Shown here: piece by piece, positions 24,421 through 37,748 of the stretch
How positions within the stretch are numbered: position 1 is the stretch's first letter
Layout of the letters: the number at the start of each line of letters is the position of its first letter
From: Cetorhinus maximus
Lineage: Eukaryota
Assembly: GCF_964194155.1 (NCBI RefSeq)
Contig: NC_135904.1
Span: 27,900,001 to 27,964,000 of the forward strand
Direction: 5' to 3'
Length of the DNA: 64,000 nt
Program-made: the position numbers and the translations under genes
The notes under the pieces: generated by a model
Databases searched by the model: none
Seen by the model: the letters and a program-made list of their open reading frames with translations, nothing else
What the model was told of the DNA's origin: nothing

Positions 24421-26530
24421 GGAATACTTATGTACAGATCCCAGTTAATGTAATGCATGGTGCTGCTGCCATGGTGAATAGGCTGTTTCTAGAATGTTCT
24501 CTCAGTCTTATTACCACGTGACTCTATACATCATACTGCGGGCAGTGCTATTCTCCGGTCCCACATTAACTTGAGGAAACCCCGAGAACCACTTCAGCCT
24601 CACTTTGTGGTTTTTAACATCATGGGAACCTCCTTGTCCAAACTCTCCCCATTCAATTGAAGGTTTAATATACATCTTGCTTTCTTTGTTCAAGGAAACA
24701 ATGTCATTTATAGCCTAAAAAACTAGGAAACTTTATCAATGTAAAATTCAGGGAATTTATGCTGTGTTTAAAAATTCTTTTCTCCAGTTGAATGGTGCAT
24801 AAATCCTGGAGTAAATTGTGCTTAAAAATTGTACTTTAAAATTAGTTAAATTTTATAATGGAACTTTTTATACTGCCTGTATTCAGTTTATTACCTAGAA
24901 TGCTTGATAAATGTACACAGTTTGCACATGCTTTGCAAATCTCCTCACAAAACATTTTAGGCTAAATCGATTTTTTTTTTGAAAAGCGCACTAAAATACT
25001 GATTTCATCAGTTGATCTTTGTTATATATTTGAATCATCTTGTCTCGTACCTCCACACAAATAAAAAGGTGGCAGTCAAACTCCAATCGGGCATCTTTTC
25101 TCTTAAGAAATGCAGGATGAACCATTATACAATCAAGTCACAACAGAACATGCCCATTGCTTTTGCCTGTGGTCTTTTCGAGATTTTGACTGTATTGCTC
25201 ATTGCCAGTGGCTTCTTTAATCCAACGATAGTGACGACACAATAACAATAATACAGTAAAATGTCGATGTGCATGGCAACCTTAGGGAGATAAAACGATT
25301 GACATAAACTATAACAGGAATCCATTGAAGAAGAATTGAGAGTTTAGCAAGAAAGAAATAAGTAGGTCTTCTCAGTAATCTTCAGACCTGAATGTACCAA
25401 TGGCAGCACAGACAGACTGTCCTGTCGTAACATTCCAACTTTATCATGTTCTGCAACACAAGGCCCAGAATTTGCTGGAGTCGCGCGTTTCACAATGCAC
25501 CCTGTTTTCAAACTTCTCTCCTCATCCTTCAGTTCCAAAAAAACGTTGCCCCCATGCATGGATGGAAGTGCGAACTGGTAACAGCACAGCTAGGACCTTG
25601 ATGTGCATTGGGACTGACAGTCTATCTCCTTAACCAATGAGATTTAAGGACAGAGAAAGGGCCAGAGGGAATTGAATAAGGTGAATTGGAAAGAGAAATA
25701 GAGAGAGGGAAAGACAAATTGGATTAACATAGAGAAAAAAGACAGAAAGGAAAAGCAAGAAAGTAAAATTAAATTTTAAAAAAAATTAAACCTCAAGGTG
25801 CTATTTACTACCTACAAGAATGAGACTCCAGTTTCAATTATTCCCTTTCTGGGCTGCAATGGTTGTAACATTGCAGAAACATAAATCTCGTCATCTAAAG
25901 ACTTCTTATGTTATTACATACCAGCCCTAACTTTCTGCGATGAGTTTAGCTCATTTTATGCAAATGTTGCAATTTCTTGAAGCTGATGGGGAGGTTGAGG
26001 GCAAGCTCCGAATTTTTTTGCGAGGCTATCAATGGAGGGGTGTAATTTGTCCAGTAGTTTGTGGCAATTCAGATACAATCCAATAACAGCACGTGCGTTA
26101 AGCTGTCCAGTACTTCCCCAGCAGTTTCTGATTGCTTTCTAATTAAATGTGCATCAGTCATTTCAAAATGATTTTTGTTTCAGATCACATTGCGTTATCT
26201 ATTCTGGTGTTATAAGAACGCACTTATCATACAATGACTAACTGGCATTGTTTTGATCCCTGTAGAGACCAATGACTTAAAAAAAAAATGTGAATTTCCA
26301 GTCAATAGCTGAAAGAATGACACAAGATTTCACGTTTTTCAACTTTTACTGTAACAACTGACTAAAAAAGGCACTATTGACGAAACCCTATTTTCTTTTT
26401 GAAGGAATTTATACTTTAAACGACAAAAAGGAACGTTCCCCTTGTATACTTATCACGCTCTCCATGGAATTATAGTCCTTACAGCAAACAGTCCACAGTT
26501 TGCTACCAGCTTCCAATGGGTTCGCATTAC

Positions 26531-26597
26531 CTGGTTTCACCAAGTAGTAACTTTGAGTGACGTCTCCAGGCGCTTTCCTTAGTTTTTGGGGAGTTTC
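26531..26597 (-). other. Candidate 67-nt exon (ETPQKLRKAPGDVTQSYYLVKP, phase 0 to 1)
   Basis: catttag acceptor, CAG|gtaatg donor, open frame. Weak polypyrimidine tract. Confidence 0.2.
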
Positions 26598-27359
26598 CTA
26601 AATGCACTACCGACAGTAAAGCCTGTCCCGATGATTCCTCCCCTCTGGTCATGCCAGGACACGTCTCCCAGAATCCATAGGTGACTGCGGGTTGCGCCTC
26701 TTAAACTAGAAACCGTCTCCCTACTGCATCTGGCTGCAAAGCCAAGAAGCTTCTTCTCTCTGCTGACCACACCAAAAACTGTTGTCTGTCTGTGATATTC
26801 ACTGATTTGTAGGGAAGCCTGTAACCTGGTCTCAAAAATGGCTTCTTCCGCACTCTTCCCCATGGCAACGTGAGACACATCAGCCTTGCATTCAAGTAGA
26901 ACTGCTGATTAGCTATTCTTGACCCCCAACTCTCTTTTATCTTAGAAATAAATGGTCAGTTTGTGGCAAAACCTTTTATAATCCGATACTTTCAACAACT
27001 TTCTGGGACTTTAGGAGACTCAGTCTACCTGTAGTGAACTCAGAGATTGCAGCCGTTGCCTCCAGCTGTGAACACCTTACACCCTTTTCCCAGTAAAACA
27101 ATCTAAACCTTCCTTTGGTCTCTAACAATCAAACCACCCAGGCTTACTGTCATAGAGGCTGAAGGACAGATCACATAATACCCCACTTCATTTACCCTGA
27201 ATTTAAAGCTACAATCCCAAAATATAATAACTTTATAAACCTCATAATTGTAATACCATGTCTGAAACACTCTCCATGACAATTCACCACTTCCAAGGCA
27301 AGCTTTGATGGATCTTTGCTTAAGGCTAACGCACTAGAATTATCTCAGACAGAATCTAA

Positions 27360-27515
27360 ATGGCTACAGCACAGACGGAGGTAATTCAGCTCATCGAGTC
27401 CATAAGAGCAATCTAGTTAGTCCCACTCCCCTGCCCTTTCCTTCAGCCCTCCAAATCTTTTCCCTTCAGGTGTTTATCCAGCTCCTTTTTGAAAGCCACA
27501 TTTCATTCTGCCTTC
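27360..27515 (-). mobile_element. CR1 3'UTR fragment
   Basis: acagcacagacggagg..attcagctcatcgagtcc...gtcccactcccctgcc. Confidence 0.7.
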
Positions 27516-27532
27516 GCCTTCCAAGGAGGTGG

Positions 27533-29057
27533 GAAACAAGAATATTATCCCTCACACTCTTTATTATATTTAGCTCAGCTTATCTGAAGCGAAAATGTAT
27601 AATCAAGCATATATGCTGCACAGTAAATTAACATTACCAGGAAAACTAAATTCATACAAAGAGCCTTAAATTTGCTCGAAAACCTTTGAGACACTTGATG
27701 TGTTAATTTACATCTTTGATGAGAAACTGACTCCTACAACCAGCTCAGAGCCCTTGGTTATACACTCTTGAGTCCTGCAGAGTAGCCTTAAAGGAATACT
27801 ACGAAAAGCTTGTAAAATAATGGAAGGGCTGGATTGAATGCCCAGTGATAGATTACTTCAGTTCAGCAGGTTGGGAAAGGCCAGGGGACGTGAGTTTAAA
27901 CTATGCAGATGCAAGAATGAGTTAGATGTCGTAGGATAATATAAATAATGTAGTTAATAGAGTCAGAGACTTGGAGGGAGATGTAATGTAATGCGCTAAC
28001 ACTGAACATGAAAATAGAACAGTTTACATCATCAGTGATGTCAGATCACATGGCAGAGTATGCTGCGAGATAGTTCTATGTGGAGCCTCGTGCCAAGTCT
28101 TGTACTGTGTATAGTCAGTAGAAAGTTCAATATAAGGTAATTTTTACCAACAGCCTTGCCTCCAGCTGTCTCTCTATCAATCCTGACCAAGGAGGACCTC
28201 ATCTCAGACCCACAACAATAATATCACAGTGTTAGGCAAATTCTATTTTCCCAGAGCCTCAGGAATGCCCTGCCAACTTGTACAATGCATGCAGACTCTT
28301 CACAAGTCTTCAAAAGGGAGTTAGGCTGGTGTTTGGCTGGGTCAGAGATTGCGTCATTTAAAAGCTAAGCGGGTTAACAGTTAATGCAGGCACAGTCAAT
28401 GTGATCTGCTGGGCTGGTTTAATTGCTTGTGGCAGCTTCCGAGAGGAATTTTCCAGATTTTGTTTCCCTATTGTTCCTGGGTTTTCCTGTCCGTCTCTCC
28501 CAAGACATGACATACCACCAAGGGATTGGGAAGTGCCTATAACCACAATGCTCCAGGCTGCGGAGGCTTGATGAATGAGCTGATCCTTTCCTGGCCGTCA
28601 TTCTTGTAGCTCTGGATTTAACCCAACTTCTAGAATGTGTAAGGATGGACGGAATTACTCTGCTTGATCTGTACATCAACAGCAAAGCTACAGTCAGAGG
28701 ATCTCCGAGGGAGGATTCATAAACACAGGCCTGTGATGAAGTACTCAACACACTGGGCCACCAAACTACCTGATCCTCTAACAGTTACAAGGCAGGTACA
28801 AAAGAATTGAAAATAATCCACGTCATAAACCAATAAATACAGCTTTTGGCATAGAAAACAAAAATATTATCCCTCACACTCCTTCCTGTATTTGGTTCAG
28901 CTTATTTGAAGAGAAAATGTAAAATCAAGCAAAAATACTGTACAGTAAATTAACATTACCAGAAAAACTAAATCTGTACAAAGGGCCCTATATTTTTTCT
29001 TGAAAACTTTCGAGAGACTTGAAGTATTAATTTCATCTTTGATTAGAAACTGACTCA
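27533..29057 (+). repeat. Diverged ~200-bp direct duplication (27533-27733 and 28853-29057)
   Basis: Both copies read aatattatccctcacactc...cagcttat.tgaag.gaaaatgta.aatcaagc...acagtaaattaacattacca..aaaactaaat...catctttgat.agaaactgactc. Confidence 0.85.
27927..28228 (+). mobile_element. Probable solo LTR inserted in an old CR1 3' fragment (~27790-28610)
   Basis: TG...CA-bounded ~300 bp that splits CR1 sequence gagttaga|...|tgttaggcaaattctattttcccagag. No clean TSD. Confidence 0.45.
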
Positions 29058-30929
29058 ACAGCGCGATGACATGTTTAAATGGAAGACACATTATTAACGG
29101 GCAAAGAATGTGGTGCGAATTAAAATGTTATTTTAAAATGAGTTTTATGAGCAGGAAAGTTGAACTCCCACTAGTTACCTAACTCCCGCAGCTTTTGTGA
29201 GAGACTAGGCTCTATCATTTGAAATTATTCCCTGTGAATGGATCAAACCATCTGCGCTATTCAGGAAATTGGAAATATCAAGGACAGATGACAGGAAGAT
29301 GATCAGGTTGGAGGTGAGTGAGACCTCGCTGTCTGAATATCTATGCCATGATAGTCTAGCTGAATAGTGTACACAAATATCATTGCTTATTTTTTGTTGG
29401 TTGGCTGGTGTCACACGTGGAACATCTCGCCCCATACAGGCAGCCCGATTTCATGCATTCAGTCTGCCTCTTGCGCGCAGTCCAGGTTTTGTACCGCTGA
29501 TCCAGTTTTAATAAACATAAATTGGTTTTCATCTGACTTTTGAGACCACATGTGTCTCAGTGCGATAAATGCCGCCTCAGGAGAGTCTGACCCAATCCAT
29601 GAGCCAGCAGTAACAGAAGCAACCCATGGGCCCAAGCTGAAATAAAAACAGGCAGGCTACCTTGTGTGTATTTTTTTTAACTGAAGCTGAAACCCAGGTG
29701 CTGATTGGTGCTGATAACAGGAAAGGCCACAACTCCCATGATGCTGCTTTCCAATGAGCACTAACAGTGAGCCCTGCTCCACAGGCTGGAGTACGTGAGG
29801 CCTTAATATTTACCAGTTTAACTTATATAGTGTAAACTGCCTCACTTTTGCTGACCTTCTCGGATAGAATTGATGGTTTCTAACAAGTCACCGGAGGGAA
29901 CCGTAGCTAATAAAGTCATTCTTTCATGCTAGTGATTTTCAGACCTTTATGTGGTGGAGAAAACCCAGTCAATCTCTGTAATAGTATCCCAAAAGCAATG
30001 ACTGCCAGCAGGTGAACACAACATATTTGTCCGGAATTCCTTTCTGCTATTATTTTTTTTTTTTGCTCATTTTCAGGATATGGGCATCGCTGACAAAGCT
30101 GGCATTTATTGCCCGTTCCTAGTTTCCCCTTGAGAAAGTGGTGGGGGACCTTCCTCATGAACCGCTCCGTGTGGTTTACACTCATCTTAAAAAAAAAAGG
30201 CTGTGTCTCTGTTAAAATAGCAGGGAGAGGCGTTTCAGGCAAATACTTTAAGGTCCGAATTATTGTGCAGATGGAAGAGTTCCACACCTTATGACCCCGG
30301 ATCCCCGAGTCCAGAGGTCCCACCCCGCACTTGAAAGGGCAGCTGCCTTCACTCACAAGAAATTTTCGTCTTCCAGGTTTCAGCAACATGACTCGTGGGC
30401 TTTAGGCATTTGAGGAAAAGGTCTAACCCCACTGGAGTTATTTGGAGAGGTCAAAGCACCCTTTTGGAAAGGTCAAGGTGACCTTTCGGGATTGTTAAGA
30501 GTAGACATGAATGTGTGTAAAAGGTGGTTAAGCTCTGTAGAACTGTTAAGCTGTCATGTCACTTAAATCCCACGCTGTTTAGATTTTGAAAAAAAAAAGC
30601 CTTCTGTGTCTCAGTTGAAAAAAATCAGTGCTTGCAATTTCAAGAGATATTTGTTGACAGAGGCCTGAGAGCTATCATTACAGGAGGGGGGCCTGAAAAT
30701 TCAGTTTGATTGAAGCTCCAGGTAGTTATAAAGGGATTAGCTGTCTTTGATGTGGGGCTATGAATACAAATATTTGTTTTATAAGGGATTAAGTACTTGA
30801 AGAGAATATTTGTTTATAAAAGGAATTAAGTATTTGAAGGGATTTAAATTTATTGAATGGGCTTTTATTAATTAGAGTTTCTTTTTAATATAGTGACATC
30901 TGCAACAAATACTTAGAACTTTAGTTTAT

Positions 30930-32680
30930 TTAGAATCATAGAAAGTTTAGTGCACAGAAAGAGGCCACGTTGCCCATTTTATCTGCACCGGCCAAAAAAC
31001 GAGCCACCGAGTCTAAACCGACATTCCAGCATTTGGTCTGTAGCCCTGCAGGGTAGGGCACCTGGGGTGCATATCGAGACATCTTTTAAATTAGTTGAGG
31101 GTTTCTTCTCTACTACCCTTTCAGGCAGTGAGTTCCAGAACCCTACAACCTTGTGAGTGAAAAAAATCTTTCCTCTAATCTTTCTACCAATCACTTTAAA
31201 TCTATGCCCCCTAGTCACTGACCTCTCTGCTAAAGTAAATAGGCCCTTCCCATGCACTCTATCCAGGCCCCTCACAATTTTGTACCTCTTAAGCAAATCT
31301 CCCCTCGGCCTCCTCTGTTCCAAGGAGATCAACCCCAGCCTATCCAATCTTTCCTCATAGCTGCAATTATCCAGTCCAGGCAACACCCTCGTAAATCTCC
31401 TCTGTACCCTCTCTAGCGCAATTACATCCTTTCTGTAATCGCACGACCAGAACCGCATACAGTACTCAAGCTGTGGCCTAACTAAAACTTTATGCCATTC
31501 CAGCAAAACCTCCTTGTTCCCATATTCTATGCCTCGGCTAATAAATGAAAGGATTCCACATGCCTTCTTAACCACCTTATCAATCTGTCCTGCTACCTTC
31601 AGGGATCTGTGGACATTCATTCCAAAGTCCCTCAGCTCCTCTACACCTCTCAGTATCCTCCTATTTATTGTGTAATCCTTTGCCTTGTTTGACCTCCCCA
31701 AATGCATTACATCACCTCACACTTCTCTGGGTTGACTTCCATTTGCCACTTTTCTGCCCACCTGACCAGTCCATTGATAATCTTCTGGCAACGTACAGCA
31801 ATCCTCTTCACTATCTACTGCGCGGCCAATTTTTGTGTTGTCTACAAACGTCTTGATCATTCCTCCTACATTTAGGTCAAATCATTAATATGCTACAAAA
31901 CGCAGGGGACCTAGAACAGAGCCCTCCAGGACCCCACTGGAAACAGCCTTATAGTCACCAAAACACACATCAACAATTACCCTCTTTCCTGCCACTGAGC
32001 CAATTTTGTATCCAGCTTGCTACATTGCCCTGGATCCCATGGGCTTTTTTTTAAACCAGTCAGCCATGTGGGACATTGTCAAAACTCTTGCTGAAATCCA
32101 TGTAAACCACATCAACTACACTACCCTCATCGATCTTCCTTGTTAATTCCTCAAAAAACCAACTAGTCAGACATGGTCTGTCCTTAGCAAATCCATGCTG
32201 ACTGTCCTTGATTAATCCATGCCTTTCTAAGTGACAGTTTATCCCTCAGGATTGATCCCAATAATTTGCCCACTACCAAAGTCAGACTGTAATTATTCAG
32301 TCAATCCCTTGCTCCCTTTTTAAACAAACGTGCAATGCTAGCAGACCTGTAATCTTCACCTCACTTGTATCTAGTGAGGATTATAAAATGATGGTCAGAC
32401 CCTCTGCAATTTCCTCCCTGGCTTCTTTTAAATGCCTGAGGTATATTTCATCCAGCCCTGGTGATTTATCCACTTTCAAGGATGCTAATCTCTCCCTATG
32501 TTTATCACATCCAATAATTCACATTCCTCTTCAACTACAATGTCTGCATTATCCCCCTCTTTTGTGAAGACAGGCACAATGTATTCATTAAGAACCATCC
32601 CCACATCCTCAGTCTCCGCACCTTTCTGTCTTTTACCTTGGACCTACTCTTTCCTTAGTCATCCACTTACCCTTAACGTA
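30930..32680 (-). mobile_element. CR1 LINE, ~1.7 kb
   Basis: 242-aa ORF MHLGRSN...LVRPQLEYC..FWS..YRKDVIALERVQRRFTR..PGL...SYEERLDRLGL; tail agaatcatagaa in reverse. Confidence 0.94.
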
Positions 32681-32805
32681 TTCTTTTTCATTCATGGGTT
32701 GTCCATCCCTAATTGCCCTTGCTCAGAGGACATTTAAGAGTCAACCACGTTGATGTGGGTCCGGAGTCACATGTAGGCCAGGCCAGGTAAGAACGGCAGG
32801 TTTCC
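32680..32805 (-). mobile_element. SINE family B 3' half
   Basis: ccatccctaattgccctt...agagtcaaccac...ggagtcacatgtaggcca. Confidence 0.8.
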
Positions 32806-33227
32806 AGCACACACCCGCCCCGAGAACCAAAATCTGGATACTTGGGGAAGTTTCTCCAGAGTTGGGTGTGAAGATTTAGGAAATTTCCCAACCTTGCGTT
32901 CCCGACTCCGGGGTGAAAATTCGGGCACGAGTGTTCATCAACTGAGGTCCCACAGTTGAAATTACAGGGACAAAGAGGCCTCGGATATTCCTCAGGTCAG
33001 GTGCAGACAACAGCAGGTCAACTGCTGACCTCTATTATCAACCATGGCAGGATTGGCAGGGTCAGTCGATGGTAGCCAATTTGTTTGGGTGGGTAGACAC
33101 CACAACTGGAACACTCCTTCCCCCAAACCAATAAAAAACAGTGCCTGACTGACACTGGGGAAGGCCGTCCCGGGATATCACCCCACCAACGCGCGTAACT
33201 GTCACACTCCAAGTGGCGCTCTTCGTT

Positions 33228-33500
33228 CTCATACGAACATACGAATTAGGAGTTGGCCCCTCAACCCTGCTCCGTCATTCAATAAGATCGTGGCTGATCT
33301 GAAGATAACTTCAACCCCACCTTCCTGCCTACCCTCGATAACCTTTCACTCCCTTGTTAATCAAGAATATATCCAGCTGTGCCTTAAACACATCCAAAGG
33401 CTGCTTCCACCACCTTTCGAAGAGTTCCAAAGACTCTCAACCCTCTAAGAGAAAAAAACTCTCAGCTGTCTTAAATAAGCGACCCCTTATTTTTAAACTG
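33228..33500 (-). mobile_element. CR1 3' fragment
   Basis: catacgaacatacgaa tail; cattcaataagatcgtggctgatct; ccccttatttttaaac. Confidence 0.8.
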
Positions 33501-34334
33501 CGACTCTCTCTCATTCTCGGTGTAAAATACTCTTAAAGTGCTGGATGCTTCTGACCTGCAGCCGAAAACTGGCTTCTGTATCTTCGTATTCCACCTCTGG
33601 AATTGCATAATCTCTAATTATGTAAATATATTTTTTTTAATGCCACAGTCACGTCAACAGGAAGTGTGCATCACACGGATGAGTTTTGATAATTAGCGAG
33701 TGGGGAGGGGGTGCAGCTGGTTAAACATCACCTTTTCACAACTGGGAATGGGATTCACCTCCAGCCCAGACTAAAGGGATGAGGGTCCTTACTGGACGAT
33801 GGAAACTGAGTTTGGGCAGGTCTTCATCCAGTTCCTACTAGGCCCTAACTCTCCTTATGTGGCACTAACATTTGGAGAGAACATCTGTTTCCCTTAAATA
33901 TTTAAACCCTTTGTCACAGGAGTCTAATCTGTAGTCTTCTGACCAATTATCACCCCTATGGAAGGAGGGGAGAGATTTAATTTTTAAAGACTCTGTTCGC
34001 TGTAACAGGTATCTTACTACCATAACTTGTCTCTAGCATCACCACAGTAGCGATGACAGGAGAGCGATCATATGATTGTACCCTATGCTCACCCTTATTT
34101 ACGCAGACACATTCAATGGCCACCATCACTGCCTAGAGAAACCCCTCCAAGCGATAGTGACTGACAGACGCTGATAGAATTCCTGTTCCCACCTCCCCCC
34201 CCAGCATCAAGTTTTCAATTCCCTGCTCGTCCCACACATATTTCCCAAAGAAGCAGGGTAGGATTAGCCCTCACACCTCCCAGATTGCATTACTGCCTTA
34301 CAACAAACACCCGCTGATGTACCTCGATGCAACC

Positions 34335-34620
34335 ACTTGCATTTACTACATGGCGCCGTTTGGATGGTAAAACGGCCCGATGGAAGTATAATGAGAAAAC
34401 TGAGCTTTGAGCCAAAAGAAGGAAATATTAGGAAGAGCGACAGTGAGTTTTAAATCGGGTCTTAAAGGAGGACATGGAGTGAGGGGAGGCAGGCAAAGCT
34501 TGGGGTGGGAATGTCAGATCGTGGGGCCTGGGCGGCTGATGGCATGACTGCCAGAGGTGGGAGGAAGGACATGGATACGCGCGTGGTGTTAGAGTCCAAG
34601 GAATGGAGTGTGTAGAGGGA
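34335..34620 (-). mobile_element. Old L2-like 3' fragment
   Basis: cttgcatttact...gagccaaaagaaggaaatattagg...gtcttaaaggagga...gggaatgtcaga; L2-type terminus like the Deu-SINE tails. Confidence 0.5.
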
Positions 34621-35379
34621 GGATGGCTGGATTGTCGTGAGGCAGTTGTTTATGTTGTCTACATAGCTGCATCACCTTAAGAGTTAGGTTTCGATGGTCC
34701 AATGTACTTAAAAGTAACAATATACAGACCTCACTCAGGTAGCAGAAGCACCAGTTTAAGGCGTGTTGGCTACACCTCATTCACGTAAAGAGACAATATC
34801 AAAAATCTCCTCGTTTCGTCGCACATGGTCCCTGAACCAGAATTGGCAGCTTTAACTTGCAAACTCTTGTTAAAGAATGAAATGGCGAGTGCAGGGGTGT
34901 CCCATGTCCTGATTTGGTAGGTGCCCTATATGACACTTGGCTTTTAATTGATTGCAAAGGCAGTTGGAAAATTGTAAAGGTGAAAGGTATCAGCACACAA
35001 ATGCCCTCTAGCTGTAGAAGCACTTGCTATGAAAGGCTCAGAAAAACTCGCATAAGTTATGAGATCTCATTTGTGAGGCAGAGTCATTATTTTATTCGTT
35101 CAATGAAGTTGCTTTGGTGAAAAGTTGCATTTGTTTGGATAGCGCTTGGTTATTTCAAATAGTAGACACGAAGGTGGAGAGATTGTGTCATTAGAGACCA
35201 TTTAAATTGTCCCTCTGTGATTTTAGTGCAAGGGTCAACCATAAAATAAATGGGTCAATGACCAAAATAGAAGAGCGAGGAATTTTACAGGGACATGTTA
35301 AATATTTATTCACCAGTGTCCCACACTGTGACTTCCAGGCCCTCGTTTCCAATAAGTTATTTACAATTCACCCGACACG

Positions 35380-35615
35380 TCATTTGTGTGTGACACCAGA
35401 GACTCGCGCACAAATTCTAAGCTAACATGCCAGTTTAGTGCCAACTGTCAGAGATGCTGGCTTTTGGACAAAATGATAAACTCCTACCTCTGCTCTCAGC
35501 TGGACATCATAGACCCCGTGGCACATATTGGAAGAAGAGCCAAGGAGTTATCCCTGTTCTCCTGGCCAATATTTATCCCTCGACCAACATCACTAACTGA
35601 CTACCCAGGTCACCA
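35380..35615 (+). mobile_element. Degenerate Deu-domain SINE
   Basis: ctctcagctggacat...gacccc.tggcac...gaagaagagc...tcctggccaatatttatccctcgaccaacatcact. Confidence 0.7.
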
Positions 35616-36919
35616 ATCCCACAGGACTATCAATTTCTAAAATGTGTATTTTTGTATCCTCAACTTGTTTTTTTTTCACCGCGTATCTCCCTGGCCAGCA
35701 GCCTTCATAACATGCGGCTGTCAACTCTGGCTGGTCATATCGCCGAAGGTTTTGTCACTTCACTTCCCATCTCCCACCACCTTTCAAAGAGCCTCTTAAA
35801 TGCATCTCCAATATCTATATAATTAATAAACCGAATTAACAAAAAGGGCATGAAAATCAAATGCCTCAATGACTTTTCTCCTGGATCCCTCACTGCATTG
35901 GCCAGGGGGCTGAATCTTTACTTCCTGGAGTCAGCCACATAAAGCTGGAGGAGTTGGCAACTCTGAGACATGCTCTAGCGGCTGATCAAACAGCTCAGGG
36001 GCCCTCGTTGAGGCTGTAATGTGCAGGCCACTCCATATTTAGGTGAGCTTGCTGCAGGGCAAGGCAGGGGGAGCACCGTGCCCTCAGTACCGTGTTAGGG
36101 AGGGTGGGGGGAGGGGGTGGTTTTGAAATCCGGAATGGTTCAGAATTCACAAGCCTGGTAGAGTCCACCCAGCAGCAGTGCTGAATGCACTACAGGGCCC
36201 ATCAAGCCTGTGTCAGCTCTTTGAAGGGTTGCAATATTCCAGATCCTGGCAGCTCCCTATGAGAAGGAATCTTACCCTCTCCATTTCTGGGATTTCAGAA
36301 AGGTCATTTCAGGAATTTGCATGTTCTGCCATAACACCCAGGAGGCAAAACACCTTTGACTATATCTGCAATAAAACTCACTAAAGGACAGGAGTTGTTT
36401 AAATGCTTTGAGAGTTGAATTGTAACAAAACGGTTTAGTTGCTGCTCTCATTGCCTGACTATATAAAGTTCTTTCTGTATTAAGCATGCCTTTCTAAACT
36501 TGTTTATCTGACTAATCACAATTGAATCTAAAAAGCACCTCCCACATGTGAATCTGATTTGTTGAACGAGGGCCTGTTTGACTGAAAATGACGTCAAAAC
36601 TTCCAATGAGTAGGAAGAGCAGACTGGTGGGTCTGACATGCGTATTAAAAGACACCTGTAAAGGTAAGCGGTGCCTCAGGTGCTGTTAACAGGCAGCAAA
36701 GTTTTCATTTAGTTAACCAATTAATCATCTATTAGTTAGCCTAGTTGTCATGCGGTCTCCACAACACTGTATACCTCTGAAGCTGCCAGTAACTGCATTC
36801 AGCACCAGCCACACGCTGGCCATCGATAGGATTAAACTAAAGGTTGATTTGTGTGGCTACACTGCCACCTACAGCCCCATAGCGGTAAATCGGCAGAGCA
36901 TTTCAAGGAGGAGCTTTAC

Positions 36920-37090
36920 CTCTCCCTAAAGAATTCAGCTTCAATGAAATTCAGGTCATCCGTAGCCAAACACAAGCTCTGAGATGTCCTTGATCGGGCT
37001 GGGACTCCAACAAAGCGGAAATTTGCACGGTCAAAAGGCAGTGAATATTCCCTTCTGGCCATCCGAACACATTCCTGTGTCCGGTGTGTA
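36920..37090 (-). CDS. Candidate 171-nt internal coding exon (THRTQECVRMARREYSLPFDRANFRFVGVPARSRTSQSLCLATDDLNFIEAEFFRE; phase 2-2)
   Basis: cacag acceptor and GAG|gtaaag donor; length divisible by 3; only one frame open; non-repetitive. Product not recognised. Confidence 0.4.
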
Positions 37091-37169
37091 CTGTGCGATA
37101 TACAGTACCACATAGAAACGATTGTAAGGTAACAATTCACTCGTACCTGATACTTCAAGGAATCATGCA

Positions 37170-37360
37170 GCACAGGAGGAGGCCATTGAGCCCCTCTTCC
37201 CTGTGCCGGCTCTTTGAGAGAGCTAGCTAATGAGATCCTCGCCTTTCCCCGCAGCGCTGCAGCTTTTCCTTTTCAAGTGTATATCCTATTCGCTTTTGAG
37301 TGTAACAATTGAATCTGCTTCCACCACCTTTTCAGATAGTGCATTCCAACACTTAATCAC
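37170..37360 (-). mobile_element. CR1 3'UTR fragment
   Basis: cagcacaggaggaggccattgagccc...gaatctgcttccaccacc...gtgcattcca. Confidence 0.75.
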
Positions 37361-37495
37361 TAGGGTACAGTTATGTGTGTATGTTAAAGCTCTAAACCGA
37401 GTGTCTATATGGCACAACGGGCAATATTTATCAAATAAATATACTGGTGGCCGATACCAGAGTTGTCTGGCATTTAAATATTCCCCATATTTTAC

Positions 37496-37748
37496 CTTGA
37501 GCACAACTGGCCTGAGTGATTGGTTTGCGATACAAAGAAGTGATGTGTGTCTAAATGAAAAGAAGATCCCATCATCATGGTTACCGGTTCATCAGCATTC
37601 TCACTGCACTCTGTTCCTAGCTCACTAATGACAATCTGGCTTCTTGGAGGCAAGGGAATTGGATTTTTCCATCCTCCTTTTGATGAAGCAGCACCTATCG
37701 GCTTCACAGCTGCCTCTGCCCCCACAGCAGAAAGCCAGCTGAGATACC
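37496..37748 (-). CDS. Candidate 253-nt exon (phase 1 to 2; YLSWLSAVGAEAAVKPIG...NHSGQLCS)
   Basis: ccacag acceptor and AAG|gtaaaa donor; open frame; phase-compatible with 36920-37090. Confidence 0.25.

Noticed and set aside
30979-31707. Functional reverse transcriptase gene (also 59725-60309, 22221-23007)
   Set aside because: 5'-truncated, frameshifted LINE ORF2 fragments
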